A stretch of 63,577 nucleotides of DNA, filler included, from Ministeria vibrans ATCC 50519 (lineage: Eukaryota; Protista; Filasterea): the NCBI GenBank assembly GCA_943704425.1. It is 7 parts of 7 records of this genome, joined end to end, with 100 filler letters (N's around TTAATTAATTAA, not from the genome) between each part and the next. Parts side by side here need not be neighbours in the genome. Positions count along the whole stretch, not along the records: positions 30,423 to 44,014 come from CALSCP010000138.1; positions 44,115 to 51,589 come from CALSCP010002817.1; 5 more parts are not named here. One strand, 5' to 3'. Positions 36,101 to 48,260 of this stretch are shown here, piece after piece (within the stretch, counting starts at the first letter, position 1; the number at the start of each line of letters is the position of its first letter). The position numbers and the translations under genes are program-made. The notes under the pieces are model-generated. The model searched no databases and was not told the origin of the DNA. It was given only the letters and a program-made list of their open reading frames with translations.

Positions 36101-38880
36101 CTCCTCCACCGTATTAGCTTTTGTCTCGACGTCGATGTAGTCAAACTGGACAGCGTGCATGGTGACCCAGTCGCCATCCCCGTCCGACTGCTGCAGCAGA
36201 GAGCCGTTGACAAGACGTTGAAGGGTGGTCGCACCAATGTTGTCTATGACATGTTGCGTGCCAATAGTTTCTTTTGACTGTGATGCTTCCCTGACCAAAT
36301 GCCGTTGTTTCTTTGTCCACATCTTCACAATCGTGTTGGAGGGAATTTGAGCGCCCTTTCCAAAAACAACCAAGTCTTTGTAGCAGGATGTGACAAACTT
36401 CAGTTCATCCATGGGGTCCTCCATGGCGTCGAGGCTCATCTTGGTTGCCTGAAAGGGCGTCAATGGAATGTTGGTCGAGGACGATTCGAAATCCCAATTC
36501 GGTAGCGCCTGGCGGACGTTCTCAAATACGGCGCTCCATCCCTCTCGCGTCGCCGCCGTATGGGCAAGTATGCCACCAACCAGGGCAATTGCCAAGGGCA
36601 AGCCGCCGCACATGTCGACAATTTTACCAGCACAGTCGGGAACAAAGCCATGTCGTGTCGTGTCCCACGACGCATGTTTGCACAGCATCTCGAGCGCCAG
36701 CTCCCGCGGAAGTGTCTCAAGCGCCAGGCGACTCGAGTCATCGTGAGCAACCCGTCGATGGCGTGTTGTCACCAAGACACGACAGCCCGGTGCCTGCTGG
36801 CAAACATCATAGAGAGCAGCGGTAAATCCAGTTTGCATCTCCCAGACGTCATCGAGTACAATGAGGACGTGACGTGTCCCGATCTGCTGAGCGAGCGATT
36901 GAACAGCTTTTTCAATCGGATTGTCGAGGCCGTTCAAGTCAATGCCAGTACCGCCAAAAGATTGCTCCAGGAGCACCAGAGTGCTTTCCACTGAGCGCGT
37001 TGATTGCTGTCCAATGGCGACCCAACGAACTCGGTCGCCAAATGCCAGCTGAAATTGCTTGTCGTGCACTACACCGCGTGCCAGCATTGTTTTGCCAAGA
37101 CCACCTTCGCCGACAAGAGTGTACATGGGAACAGCGCCTGAAGCTAAAGCGTCGTTGCCGAGAAGAAACCTCCGTATCCGCTGCAGATCTTTCTGGCGTG
37201 AGACATAGGAGCGCGGTAAGCTTGGAGGCCAGAAGTGCAATGCAGCGCTGGAGAGGCGATCGCCGCCGCTACACTCAGACAGCCGCTCGCTGAGTGCCTT
37301 CAAGCGAAACTGACGGGAGTCTGTTGCACTGTCACTGGGAATTTCGAGCTCGCTGCAAATATCGCGGAGAGCGTCCAGAAGATTTTTCGCCTCCACGGGG
37401 TCGAATTTTGACGCGTCTTTGGCCAGAAACTTGCGTGCGGCCTCAAAGGAAGCGTACACGAGGGGGGCACACATGTCGTTGAAGGCGTACTTGCGCGCGA
37501 GGAAGGTCTCCTGCAACAAGTTTGCCTCAACCAGAATCTCGGCAAGCAAGTCGTTGTCCGTCGATTCAAGAGCGGACCGGGAGACTTCTGGGGAGTACGA
37601 CTTGCGGAAGAACAGGTACTCGCCCTTGTTCTTGTCAAAGCCGGGCACTTTGACACGACCGTACGAGCACACTTGCGAGAGAATTTCGCTCTGGGGCGGA
37701 ACTGAGTTGTACAGTTTCAAGAGCTCTCCCAGACCTTCGCGCATGGCTATCGCCAGCATTGGGGCAGTCACCCAGTTGGCGGGCGCCGACGCCCCTCGCT
37801 GTACCATTTTGAAGACGGATCCATCACGCCAGGCCTGTTCAAATGCCATTTGCAAGAAGGTACCATTCGTAATGCTCCACGACGATGCCTTGAGGTTGGT
37901 GCCGGTGATGACTTGAAAGCAGGGACAGAGGACGCGCTCGAGGAACGACTCGGAGAGCTCCGAGCCAAACAAGGGCCAGGCTGGCGTGACCTTGTCGAGA
38001 TGGTCGCTCAAGATCGCTGCACCGGCCTTGCAGGCGTCAATAATCACCAATACCTGACCCCAACGCTGCTGCTCGGGATCGGTGACGCCGAGAATGTTGG
38101 CGAGGAGGCTGAGCGAGAAGAGCTGTGACCACTGTCCTGTGTGCGGATCCGCTTTGGCCTCTCCGAAAATCATGCCAAACTCAGGGGTACCGGCAGGAGT
38201 GGCAGTGGTGGCGGTCTCGCCATGGCCCACAAGGTACACGAGGAGCTGGTCGTGCGGGGTGACGGCGTGGCCGGGAGCTTGGTGAATGAGATCGACGACT
38301 GCTTGTTCGACGTTGGCCGTTGCGATCGACTCACAGACCGTCCACTGCTCGCTGGGCGACATCTGCTGCGGCTGCGACACGTCCGACAGCACGTGGACAA
38401 TGTAGCCCATCTCGGCAAGCGTGTGCGACAGCGAGGCGGTCGCTGCGGCAACTCCATCGAGATTGTCGAGCGACGCCTGGTCGGCGTAACGCGCGCGTCC
38501 GATGACAAGCGCTAGCTTGCAGTGGTGTATGTGTAGGTGTATCTGTGATCTGGCGCCCGTGTCGTCGCCAACAGCGGGCAGTTGTTCCGGTTGAGAGTCT
38601 GTCACAAAAATAGTGAAAAAAAAAAATAAGCGAAGTTTACTTTACGGAGAGTGACGCAAAAACAACATTCAAGACGCGTACCGGGGACGTGACTGGCACC
38701 AGGCTCGCTGTTTTCGGGAGGGGGTGTGCTTGAGGTGTCGTCGTTGTCGCGTGGCGTGTTCGTTGGTGTGTGTTGGGCTGCGGATGAAATCCAAGCGAGA
38801 AATTTCAACAGAGATGCCAGAGAGGCAATCACGAAGATCCAGACCGACGCTTGTGATGGTCCAGATGGGGCGCTTGGCAT
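33110..38880 (-). CDS. Caspase-like (peptidase C14) + NB-ARC + WD40 STAND protein, Apaf-1-like, with N-terminal hydrophobic segment
   Basis: Exon 1 (38880-38682) joins a 5.5-kb exon via phase-1 GT-AG intron 38599-38681. Motifs: LALVIG, YLVGHG (His), IIDAC (Cys); Walker A GEGGLGKT, Walker B LIVLDDVW, VLVTTR, GGLPLA, MHAVQ; helical domain LLLSFRWI; multiple WD40 repeats. Confidence 0.9.
33428..33553 (-). repeat. Three 42-bp coding tandem repeats (SASLPP[S/L]ANSSPRR)
   Basis: Unit acgtctcggcgacgagttcgcc[g/a]agggtgggagcgacgcgga x3. Confidence 0.95.
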
Positions 38881-39022
38881 GGTAGGATGCGGCTTATTGG
38901 AAGATTGAGAAATGGATTGAAAATAAATTCTAATATTGTTTATTATTTGTTTTTTGTTGTAAGGTTTGCATTTTATTTAAGTCATAGAGAAAAAAGGGAA
39001 AGAGAGACAAAATAGCGACTGA

Positions 39023-39219
39023 TCAGATGTGAGAAGCGCCCGTTGTGTCGAGCATTCCGTCCTGAATGTTTCCCTTGCTAAAGTCCGTTAGTGGCTTTTT
39101 GCCTGTGAGACGTTCGTGTTCTTCGGGAGTGCGCCACAAAGTGTGAGGGATGAGCCATTTGTAGACGACTGAGAGGAAAGAGGCAGGAGGGGGATTAGAG
39201 ATGTGGGGAAAAGTGAGCG

Positions 39220-39317
<98 letters not shown>

Positions 39318-39493
39318 TGTGTGTGTGTGTGTGTGATAGAGAGTGTGTGTGATAGAGAGACAAAGTGATAGAGAGACAAAGTGATAGAGAGACAAAGTGA
39401 TAGAGAGACAAAGTGATAGAGAGACAAAGTGATAGAGAGACAAAGTGATAGAGAGACAAAGTGATAGAGAGACAAAGTGATAGAGAGACAAAG

Positions 39494-39581
<88 letters not shown>

Positions 39582-42046
39582 GAAAAATGTACCAAAAGTG
39601 TAGATGATGGAAAGAAGCATTAGAAGACCGATAAAGGCAAAAGTGTCGCGAGGCCCAAAGGCATCGTAGATGGCGGTGACAAAGATGGGACCGATGGTGC
39701 GGGCGCCCGAGCCACAGGCGGTGAGAAGGCCCATGCCAAAGCCCTGGGGCGCGGGACCCAGCACCTTACTGTAGATGGAGAACATCATGACGGACGACAT
39801 GGGGTAGCCAATGCCAATGAGCGCACTGCCCGCAATGAACTGGCCGAGCGGCAGAAGCGGCTGTGTCTCGCACCAGTGCGGTTCTGATGTGTTCGAGTTT
39901 GCATCGCCCAGTGCAACTGTGAGGGGCGACAGAGGAACGTAAAGGGCATACGCCTCTGACGAGATGTTGGTTTGGTTCGTCACAATAGGAGAGTGACATG
40001 CCATCTGGTTGAGTGACAAAGAGTGTGGGTAAGTACGTGAGTGAGTAAAGCAAGTTACAGTTCGAATAATAAACGTACATGACCCGGACCAAAGGGCAGG
40101 TAGACGACAAAGCCAAGGAAGCAGAAGAAGAGGCCCCAGATAAGAAGAGGGCGCTCGCCCCATTTGCGCGAGGCAGGTTTGATGCCCATGAAGACAAAAA
40201 CGGCGAGGATGCCCGAGACGCCGTAGAGGATGCCGTTGAACAGATCCTGTTGTTGGCCCGTCCACCCGTACTCATCACCCGTCAGCGGTGTGCCAATCCT
40301 GTTGGAGAGAGTGATAGTAAGTGAGTGAGTGACTGAGAGTAAGGGTGTGTATGTGTATGTGTGTGTGACTGAGAGTAAGCGTGTGTATGTGTATGTGTGT
40401 GTGTGTGTGACTGAGTCACTGCGTATGTGTGTGCGTGTGTATGAATTGGTGAAAATGAAGCGGAGTGCCCTTACGTTTCGTAGACAGAGAAGACAAATAG
40501 AATGATGGTGAAGATGATGAGAGAGGACAGTGCAGCAAACTTGTCATATGCTTTTGCTTCGGGTGAGAGTTCCGTTTCCTGTTTACTCTCTCCTCCTTCG
40601 AGTTGAGCAATCTATGAATGGAATGCGTCAGAGAAGGTGAGGGGAGGGATCACGAGTCTTGACCTTGTGTTCGCGGAAAAAGACAAAGACACAAATGAGA
40701 TTGATGAGGCCGAGCACAGCGGAGATCCAACCAGGGCCCGTCAGGAAGTCAAGAACAAAGGGACCCGAGTGAATACCCGGCTTGAGCGACGTAAAGGCCG
40801 AGCCCATAGCGGGTCCCACAATAAAACCCAGGCCTTGTGCGGCGCTCATGTTTGCCATGGCGGCTGTGCGTTCCGTCACACGCGTCGCTGTCGCAACGTA
40901 TGCGCGACACACGGCGACATTGCCTGCGCCCAGACCCACCAAGATGCGGGCCACTAGCATGAAGTACTCGGCGTTGCTGCCGTTGAATGATCCCGCAAAG
41001 CAGTACATCACATTGCCTGCAAAGAATGAATGTTTCACGATCATGACATGCGTAGGGTGCAGAGCAAAGAATTGTGTGTGTGTGTGTGTGTGTACCGCCA
41101 ATGGTGAAGAAAAGTGTGATAATCAATGGTTCCATGTACGGACGGTAGTTAGACCAGACGCCAAAGACGGGCGATCCAATGAGCTGACCCAGCGAGTAGG
41201 ATGACACAATCCAGCCAAGGAAGGTCTTTGTGCCGCCAAGACTCTGAAGGTAAGGCCACAGAGTCGACAGCACAATCGAGAAGCCTACAAGTGTATTGTG
41301 TTTGTGTTTTAGTGAGTGGGAGTGAGTGAATAACAGCAAAAGGCAAAGGGTGCTCCAGAGCTGCTGTGCCTCCTTCGTACCGACACTGGAGAGGAAGGTG
41401 GTGAGGTACATGACGCGGATGGAGTTCCAGCGACTCTTGTAGTCTGCGTCGCTCTCTTTGGCCACTTCCAGCGGCTCTGAGTTGGGGTGGTCTTCGCCGT
41501 CGCCGCCACCGCCAGTGCCCAGCAGCGACTGGCTTTCCTCGATCGTGCTGATGGGATCGCTGTACTTGCGCCCGCGTACCGACGATTCTTCGCCGTACGT
41601 TCGGCTCTGCCAGCTCGCTCCAAACTTCTCCTCTGTGTCGTTGTACGCGTCCAACGGCGATCTTCGGCGCTTGTCCCATTGACCGCCACGTCTACACAAA
41701 GCGTCACGACGACACCGCGTCAGCAGACAAGGCTGTGCAAAAGTATATTCTTTCTCTTTTCACTCCATTTTTTTTTTTTTTTTTTTTTTGAAAAACGCCT
41801 TTTTTTTGGTGTCGCGAGATTTTGAGCGAATATGTGATTCTGAGCAAGAGATGGGTGTGGTACAGGTGTTCTAAGACATTCTGAATGCCGGAGAGCGGCG
41901 GGAAGGAGCGCGCAGGGGCTTTGGGGGACGATCATATGTTAAAGGATGTCTTACCCATAAGGTGAATCGTCATTGGCGCTGCTTAAGCTGCTGACTCCCG
42001 CATCGTGCGTGACGCCCGTGGTGGCGAGAGCGTCTTTGATACTCAT
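39023..42046 (-). CDS. MFSD8: Major facilitator superfamily transporter, MFSD8/CLN7-like
   Basis: SIRVMYLTTFLSSVGFSIV..LWPYL, SYSLGQLIGSP, ARILVGLGAGNVAVCRAY, IYSKVLGPAPQG, GSGARTIGP. First exon from ATG 42046 splices in phase 2. Confidence 0.88.
39223..39575. repeat. Intronic (GA)n/(GT)n microsatellite enclosing a 16-bp minisatellite (GAGAGACAAAGTGATA)x~9
   Basis: Direct reading; perfect 16-bp units at ~39352-39500. Confidence 0.95.
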
Positions 42047-42332
42047 AGCGAGAAAAAAATGATGAGAAATGAGTTGGGCTGCTGATCAGTCAGTGATCAT
42101 ACAATGTCCAACTCATCCCATTGTCAGTCCACATTTCAACTTTCGAAGCTGGGCTGTCGAGATCACTCAAATGAGTTAGATGAGAGATTTGATCAGGAAA
42201 AGGGTTGCAGGGATCTGGGACAGGATCAGGTTTGTCTGTCTTTAGTGCTCAATTTTTTCAAAAGGTTTCCAACCAAATTTCGATCAGAAACTAGAAAAAA
42301 ATCAATTCAATTTTACTTTTTAGCGCCTTAAA

Positions 42333-43303
42333 ATGGATCCACAACCCCCCTCACACTTTCTCGTGATGGTCAGCGGGCAAATTGCGTCAGCTCAGGTTTG
42401 ATAAACTTCATTCAGTGTCAGTTAGACAACCTACACTTCCTGTTCGTCCCTGCGACCTATCCCGCAATCCCAACGTCTGCACTTTCACTACATACACCCC
42501 ACAGCAACCATGTATCCTTTCCACCAAAGCGCGCGTAGCCCTGTTGGTCCTAGTGCTTCCTGTGTCGCATTGACGACAACTGTGTATTTTCTCTTTGTTG
42601 CTTTTTGTGCAGTTTCCCGAACACGACAACCTATATGCCAAGTATGCCTTTGTACACGGCAAAGACTGGGCCATTGTATCGGTAAGAAGCCGGCCGGGTC
42701 GTCGCCGTCGAAGCGCCAGTCGCTGAGCAGCTTAACTCTATTATTATTATGATACTCTTCGTCGCAGGGACTTGACGAAGGAATCACACAGATTGCGCGC
42801 AAGAGTGCTGACGAACGACAGGCGCTCGTGTGGAACTTTCCTCTTGATGTTACGTTTAAGAGCACCAATGTGTACGGATGGCCGCAGCTCGTGGTGAGCG
42901 TGTACGGTTTGGATGGAGCGGGACGCGACGTTGTTAGGGGTTACGGCACCGTCCGTGTGCCTCTGTCGCCTGGACGTCACACCTGCACTGTGCCATTGTT
43001 TGTGCCGCAGTCGTCGTCCAAGTTACAACAGTTTATTTCATGGCTTTTGGGTCAATTGCCAGAGTATGTTGATGCAAAATTTGTGACACAGAGCGAAGGG
43101 AGAGAAGGTAAGACAAGACGGAGCGAAAAGATCGATATGAATTCGAAAGAAATTCCCTACATGATTCGACTCTCTAACCTCTTGCAGTAACGCGCGTGCG
43201 CACCCAAGGAAATCTTGATGTGTCGTTTACCGTGGTATCAAAGGACATGAAACGATGTGGCTACGAGACGGGTCCGGTCTGCGCAGAGACTGACTATTTG
43301 TAA
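42333..43303 (+). CDS. B9D1: B9 domain-containing protein 1 (ciliary transition zone, MKS module)
   Basis: [74 protein letters not shown]. Confidence 0.93.
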
Positions 43304-44014
43304 TTGTAACATTCTTCAGTGTACGTAATTTAGACGGTGATTGTTTTTTTTTGTATTCATGATTGACACAAAGTATAATATTATTGAGTCCTGATCATTA
43401 TTATAATGGAATAATTATAGCAAATACTAATATTTTATTATTGTTATTATATAATTATTCACTATATCTACTCCAAGCGCCCTCAGTACTCCGAAATCTT
43501 TGTGATTGCCAAGGCAATTCATCAGACAATTCAGACCATCAAGGGCAATAAGTCGCAGTTTTAGATACTGATCACAGCGCGTGAACGTACTTGCAGGCGG
43601 AAATACCAATGAGCATGGGCTCTTGCTGGACCGCCTTTACTCTGCGCTGAGATCTCTGTAGCCTGACGGACGGCACACTCTCTCCCCAGATTTTCAAATG
43701 CTCAATGCTGCACTCCCAAGAGGTCCACCACCGCTGCACCACTCCCGCCCACCAAATTAAACAGCGACATTCTCTCGCCGACGACCGCGTCTTCCGGGTT
43801 TCCTCCCAGGCCAAACTGGTTCGATCGCGAGCAGACTCTGTCCTACGCAGATTTCTTGCCCCAAATTAAAGTACACTGCACCGACGACTTTATAGTAACT
43901 TCCTCGCCAGTTCTTTCCTATATATAAATACCGTTTGTTTTTATTCAGTTATTTCTCTCCCACTCTCGCTTTCTCTCTCTCCTCTCTCGTGGACTCTCCT
44001 TTGGCGTCAAACTC

Positions 44015-44114
44015 NNNNNNNNNNNNNNNNNNNNNNNNNNNNNNNNNNNNNNNNNNNNTTAATTAATTAANNNNNNNNNNNNNNNNNNNNNNNNNNNNNN
44101 NNNNNNNNNNNNNN
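44015..44114. other. Artificial contig-joining spacer
   Basis: N-TTAATTAATTAA-N block. Confidence 0.97.
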
Positions 44115-44682
44115 GACACCCGCAAGCGGCCTCCAACTCCCAGCCCTTTTCACAGCAGCGTCTTGAGGCGCAAATTAGCAAACTGCGTACCAGCAACGAC
44201 TCTCTCAGATCAATCAGCATATCGGTATGTATCTCACTCCCTAGTGTCCTCGAAGTGTCCTCCCCAATCCCCAGGGGCCGGGATGATGTATGGCGTATCT
44301 AGCGCCTATCACGTCACTTGTGCCTGGCCATCAACCATCCTGTCTCCGCTCCCTCTCGATCCTTCTGTAGCTCAGAAAGTGGTTCTGAGCAGATTGCTCT
44401 CTTTGTGATAGATCAATAGATTATTTGGTGATTTTTTATTTTTATTTTTTACCAATCATGCTGGTACAAACGGTTGGCGCTGCAGCGGAGTGAGTGAGTG
44501 CAGCCTGTAGTTTGCCTGTAGTAATTTTAAAAGATTAAAAACATAATTATATTATTAAAATTTTTCTTGTTGATCTTATTTTCACTTTTTTCTCCTGTAT
44601 TAACCTTCCTAGCGTTGCCCACGCTCCCATCCCACCCCTCCCCTCTCTCGTGTACAGCTCTGCCCCGACATCGTGCGTGGCC

Positions 44683-46090
44683 ATGGACGATCTAGTGGAT
44701 GGTTTCCACGCAGTCGACATTGGCGGTCTCTCCCGCTCCGTCTTCCCCACCATCGAGTCTGGCGATGCGGTATGCGACACGCATCATCCTGCTCTAGACG
44801 CCTCCATGTTCTCACATTTTATTATAATTATTCTATTATATTGTGTTGTAATGTAATGTAATGTATTGTTATGTTATGTTGTACAGTCGGCTCTTTCAAC
44901 ACTCTTGCGATTGGGCGCGTCCGCAAACGCACGCGGACCCCATAATACGACGCCGTTGATACGAGCTTGTGAGGTATGTGTGTCGCAGTTTATTTTGAAA
45001 ATCACTGTTTCGGTTTCTGTGTTAAAACTGTTCGACCCAAAATATGACATATTTCTATTTTGGCCCATTTGTAGCACAATTCTCCCGAGATGGTCCGTCT
45101 CCTGCTGGACCACGGCGCCAACATAGACCGTGCCTTCAATTCCAACACGCCGCTGAGCATTGCGGCGCGCATTGGCGCTGCTGAGTGCGTTCAAGTGCTG
45201 CTCGACAAAGGGTACCGCTCTGTTCCACTCGTCTTTTGCCCTCTCATGTGCCATTGTAGTGCCGATGCCATGCGCCGCAACGACGACAACCTCTTGCCGG
45301 TGCAGCAAGCTGCGAAAAGCGGCAGTGTGGCGACCGTGAGTGCGCTGTTGGACGCGAGGAGCGCAGCAGGCGTCCGCGTCACCTACGACGACTCTACTCT
45401 CTCCTCTCTGCTGTCCTTTGCCAGCTCCAGCCACCACCTCACCGTCCTGCGCATGCTACTAGTACGAGGCATTCCCGTTGATCCTGCCGACCAGGCCATC
45501 CGCACGCCTCTCTGTGCTGCTGCAAAGCACAATTTTGTCGAGGGTGTCCGTCTGCTCGTCCAATTTGGAGCTGATGTCAACAGAGAAGCTCCAAACGGTA
45601 CCATTTTTTTTTCATGGTGTTTAGAATGTTGTTTATTTTTATTTGTGTATTATTTTGAGGTTTAGAGAGTTTGAGAGTATCTGTGTGTGTGTGTGAGAGA
45701 GAGAGACAAAGTTACAGTTCTGATTGCCTTGTCTCATAGGCCATACTCCACTTTTTACTTCCTGTCGAAGAGGTACTTATTTGTCTCATTGTACCCTAGT
45801 CATAAGTATACTACTAATGCTGAATAGTGTGACAACCAAAAGTCATAAAATGGATTCTATCTCAATAATCCAATCCTCGTTTGAGATACGTGTATTAACC
45901 TAAACTCTGATTGAATTGATTTGGGTTAGGACACGCTGAAGTGGCGCGGATGCTATTGGATGCAGGAGCACATGCAAACGACACTGCGCGCAGAGGAGAC
46001 ACACCTCTGTTTGCAAGTATATTTGAAGGTAGAAAGAGAAGAGAAAGCGACGGAGTGTGCGTATGTGCGTTCGTGTGTGTGATTGACAAT

Positions 46091-46122
<32 letters not shown>

Positions 46123-46682
46123 ATGTGTAGGGTTCGTTGAGATTGTAGAGGCTATATTGAGTCACGGTGGAGACGTACATGCAAAGATGAATGATAATAC
46201 TACACCAGTAAGAAAGAAACAAAGTGATATCTATATAATAATTATATAGAGAGAGCACCGTTCCCCTAATGAATTGCGTGTCACTCCGCCTCTCTCTATT
46301 AGCTTCATGTTGCCGCCCAAACCGGTCGATTGGACATTGTTCGTCGATTGGTGGCCAAAGGAGCAGATGTTAATTCTCGAAAACTCTCTGGTATCGAACA
46401 ATAATAATAATCTTACAACATAAAAAATCATAATCACATCTGTATGGAAAAGAAATAGTCATTGATGTTTTATATTTGTTTAGGAACGACTCCCGTGTTT
46501 GTTGCCAGTCGAAACGGACACACTGAAGTGGTTCAATATCTCGTAACGCGCCTCACATTGGAGTATATTTATTATGCTTTTTTGAATGATATTATTATAT
46601 AGATTGAGTCTGGTGCCAATTTGACACTGTGCAAATCAGATCAGTTGACACCACTGCACGTGGCAGCATCGCGAGGACATGC

Positions 46683-46773
<91 letters not shown>

Positions 46774-48093
46774 GGGGGAGAGAGAAACAAAGTGATAGAG
46801 AGGAAGAAACAAAAGTGATAGAGACGAGAAAGAAACAAAGTGATAAAGAGGAGGAAGAAACAAAAGTGATAGAGAGGAGAAAGAAAACAAAGTGATGGAG
46901 AGGCGAAAGAAACAAAGTGATAGAAAGAGAGAAAGAGAAGGGAAAAAAAACGGAGAGAGGGAGGGCTCAGAGTGACTGAGTCACAAAACGAGAGAGTTTG
47001 TGACAATCAGTGACAATGACTTCTCTGTATTTGTTGTTCGATGTAGAGTACCATTTGTGCATTGGTCAGGACGGGCCAGTTAAACATCGATGATGTTGGG
47101 CGACAACAGGGCACTCCTCTCTCGTGTACGTATCAAGTGTATATGTTACGTCTTTTTGTGCGTCATTGTTGTGTTTGTATTTCTCTCTGTTTCTTTCTCT
47201 CTCTATCTACCTCATCCTCGTTTTTTGCTTCGGTCTAGTTGCTGCTCGTCGTGGTCACACTGACTGTGTGCGTGTACTAGTCTCTCATGGCGCAGACGTC
47301 AATATCACTTGTGTCATTGACGAGATCAGAAAGTACTTTCTCATTTAGTATCATTCATTTCATAACTCTCACTCTTCCTTTTAACCGCAGTGCGACTCCT
47401 CTCCTGTGTGCCATCTCCCGCAACTTCCCTGACACTGCACGCGTTCTGCTTGCGTCCTATGCTGATCCCCATCCCCGTTTCACCTGGCGTGGTCTCGCGA
47501 CAACCCTTTTAGAGTGTGCTGGTACAAAGGCAGACACGTTGACCCCTCAAACTCATTCCACCCGCACATCCGCTCGCTCTCTTCCTTTCTTTTACATACT
47601 TTCACACCACCACGTTTTCTCCCACTCACTCACTCACTCACTCACTCACTCACTCACTCACTCACTCACTCACTCACTCACTCACTCACTCACTCACTCA
47701 CTCACTCACTCACTCACTCACGCACTCACTCACTCACGCACTCACTCACTCACGCACTCACTCACTCACTCACTCACTCACTCACTCACTCACTCACTCG
47801 CTCACTCGCTCGCTCTCCCCACACATTCGCGCACTCTCCCATTCTTCTACCTCACAAACACACAATCACACACTCACCTTCTCTTTCCCTCTCTTCTCTT
47901 ATCCACTCCCATTTTCTGCCCAGGGCACATTGACATTGAGCTTCCTCATCTTCTGTGCTCTCCTGAATGGTCGACTCTCAGACATCTTTCCTCCATCAAT
48001 GTCGTTCGCAATCGTATTCCTGACGAACTCCAATTTCTCGATTTACCCCAGTGTTTCGTCTGTCACTCTCGTCCCTTTTCTCTCATTCATTAA
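44683..48093 (+). CDS. Ankyrin-repeat protein with possible C-terminal SOCS box (ASB-like)
   Basis: Many short exons with ankyrin motifs (TPLIRA, TPLSIAA, TPLCAAA, TPLFAS, TPVFVAS, TPLHVAA, TPLLCA). Last exon STLRHLSSINVVRN...LDLPQ. Start uncertain. Confidence 0.75.
46688..46925. repeat. Intronic (GA)n followed by degenerate GAAACAAAGTGATAGAG units
   Basis: Direct reading. Confidence 0.9.
47623..47812. repeat. (CACT)n tetranucleotide microsatellite, intronic
   Basis: Direct reading. Confidence 0.95.
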
Positions 48094-48260
48094 CCGTTGA
48101 ACAATGAATATAACTTGTAGATAAAAAATGAAGAAAGGGTTTTGAACAGTTTAAAACAAATTTATCCCACTCAATCATTTCGGGAATATTTATAATTATT
48201 GTTTTTTCTGTATTTCGATTTTCACACACACCAAAGTCACACACAGACAAAACACAAACA

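Noticed and set aside
43470-43900. GC-rich stretch with short minus-strand ORFs
   Set aside because: No consistent frame or recognisable motif.
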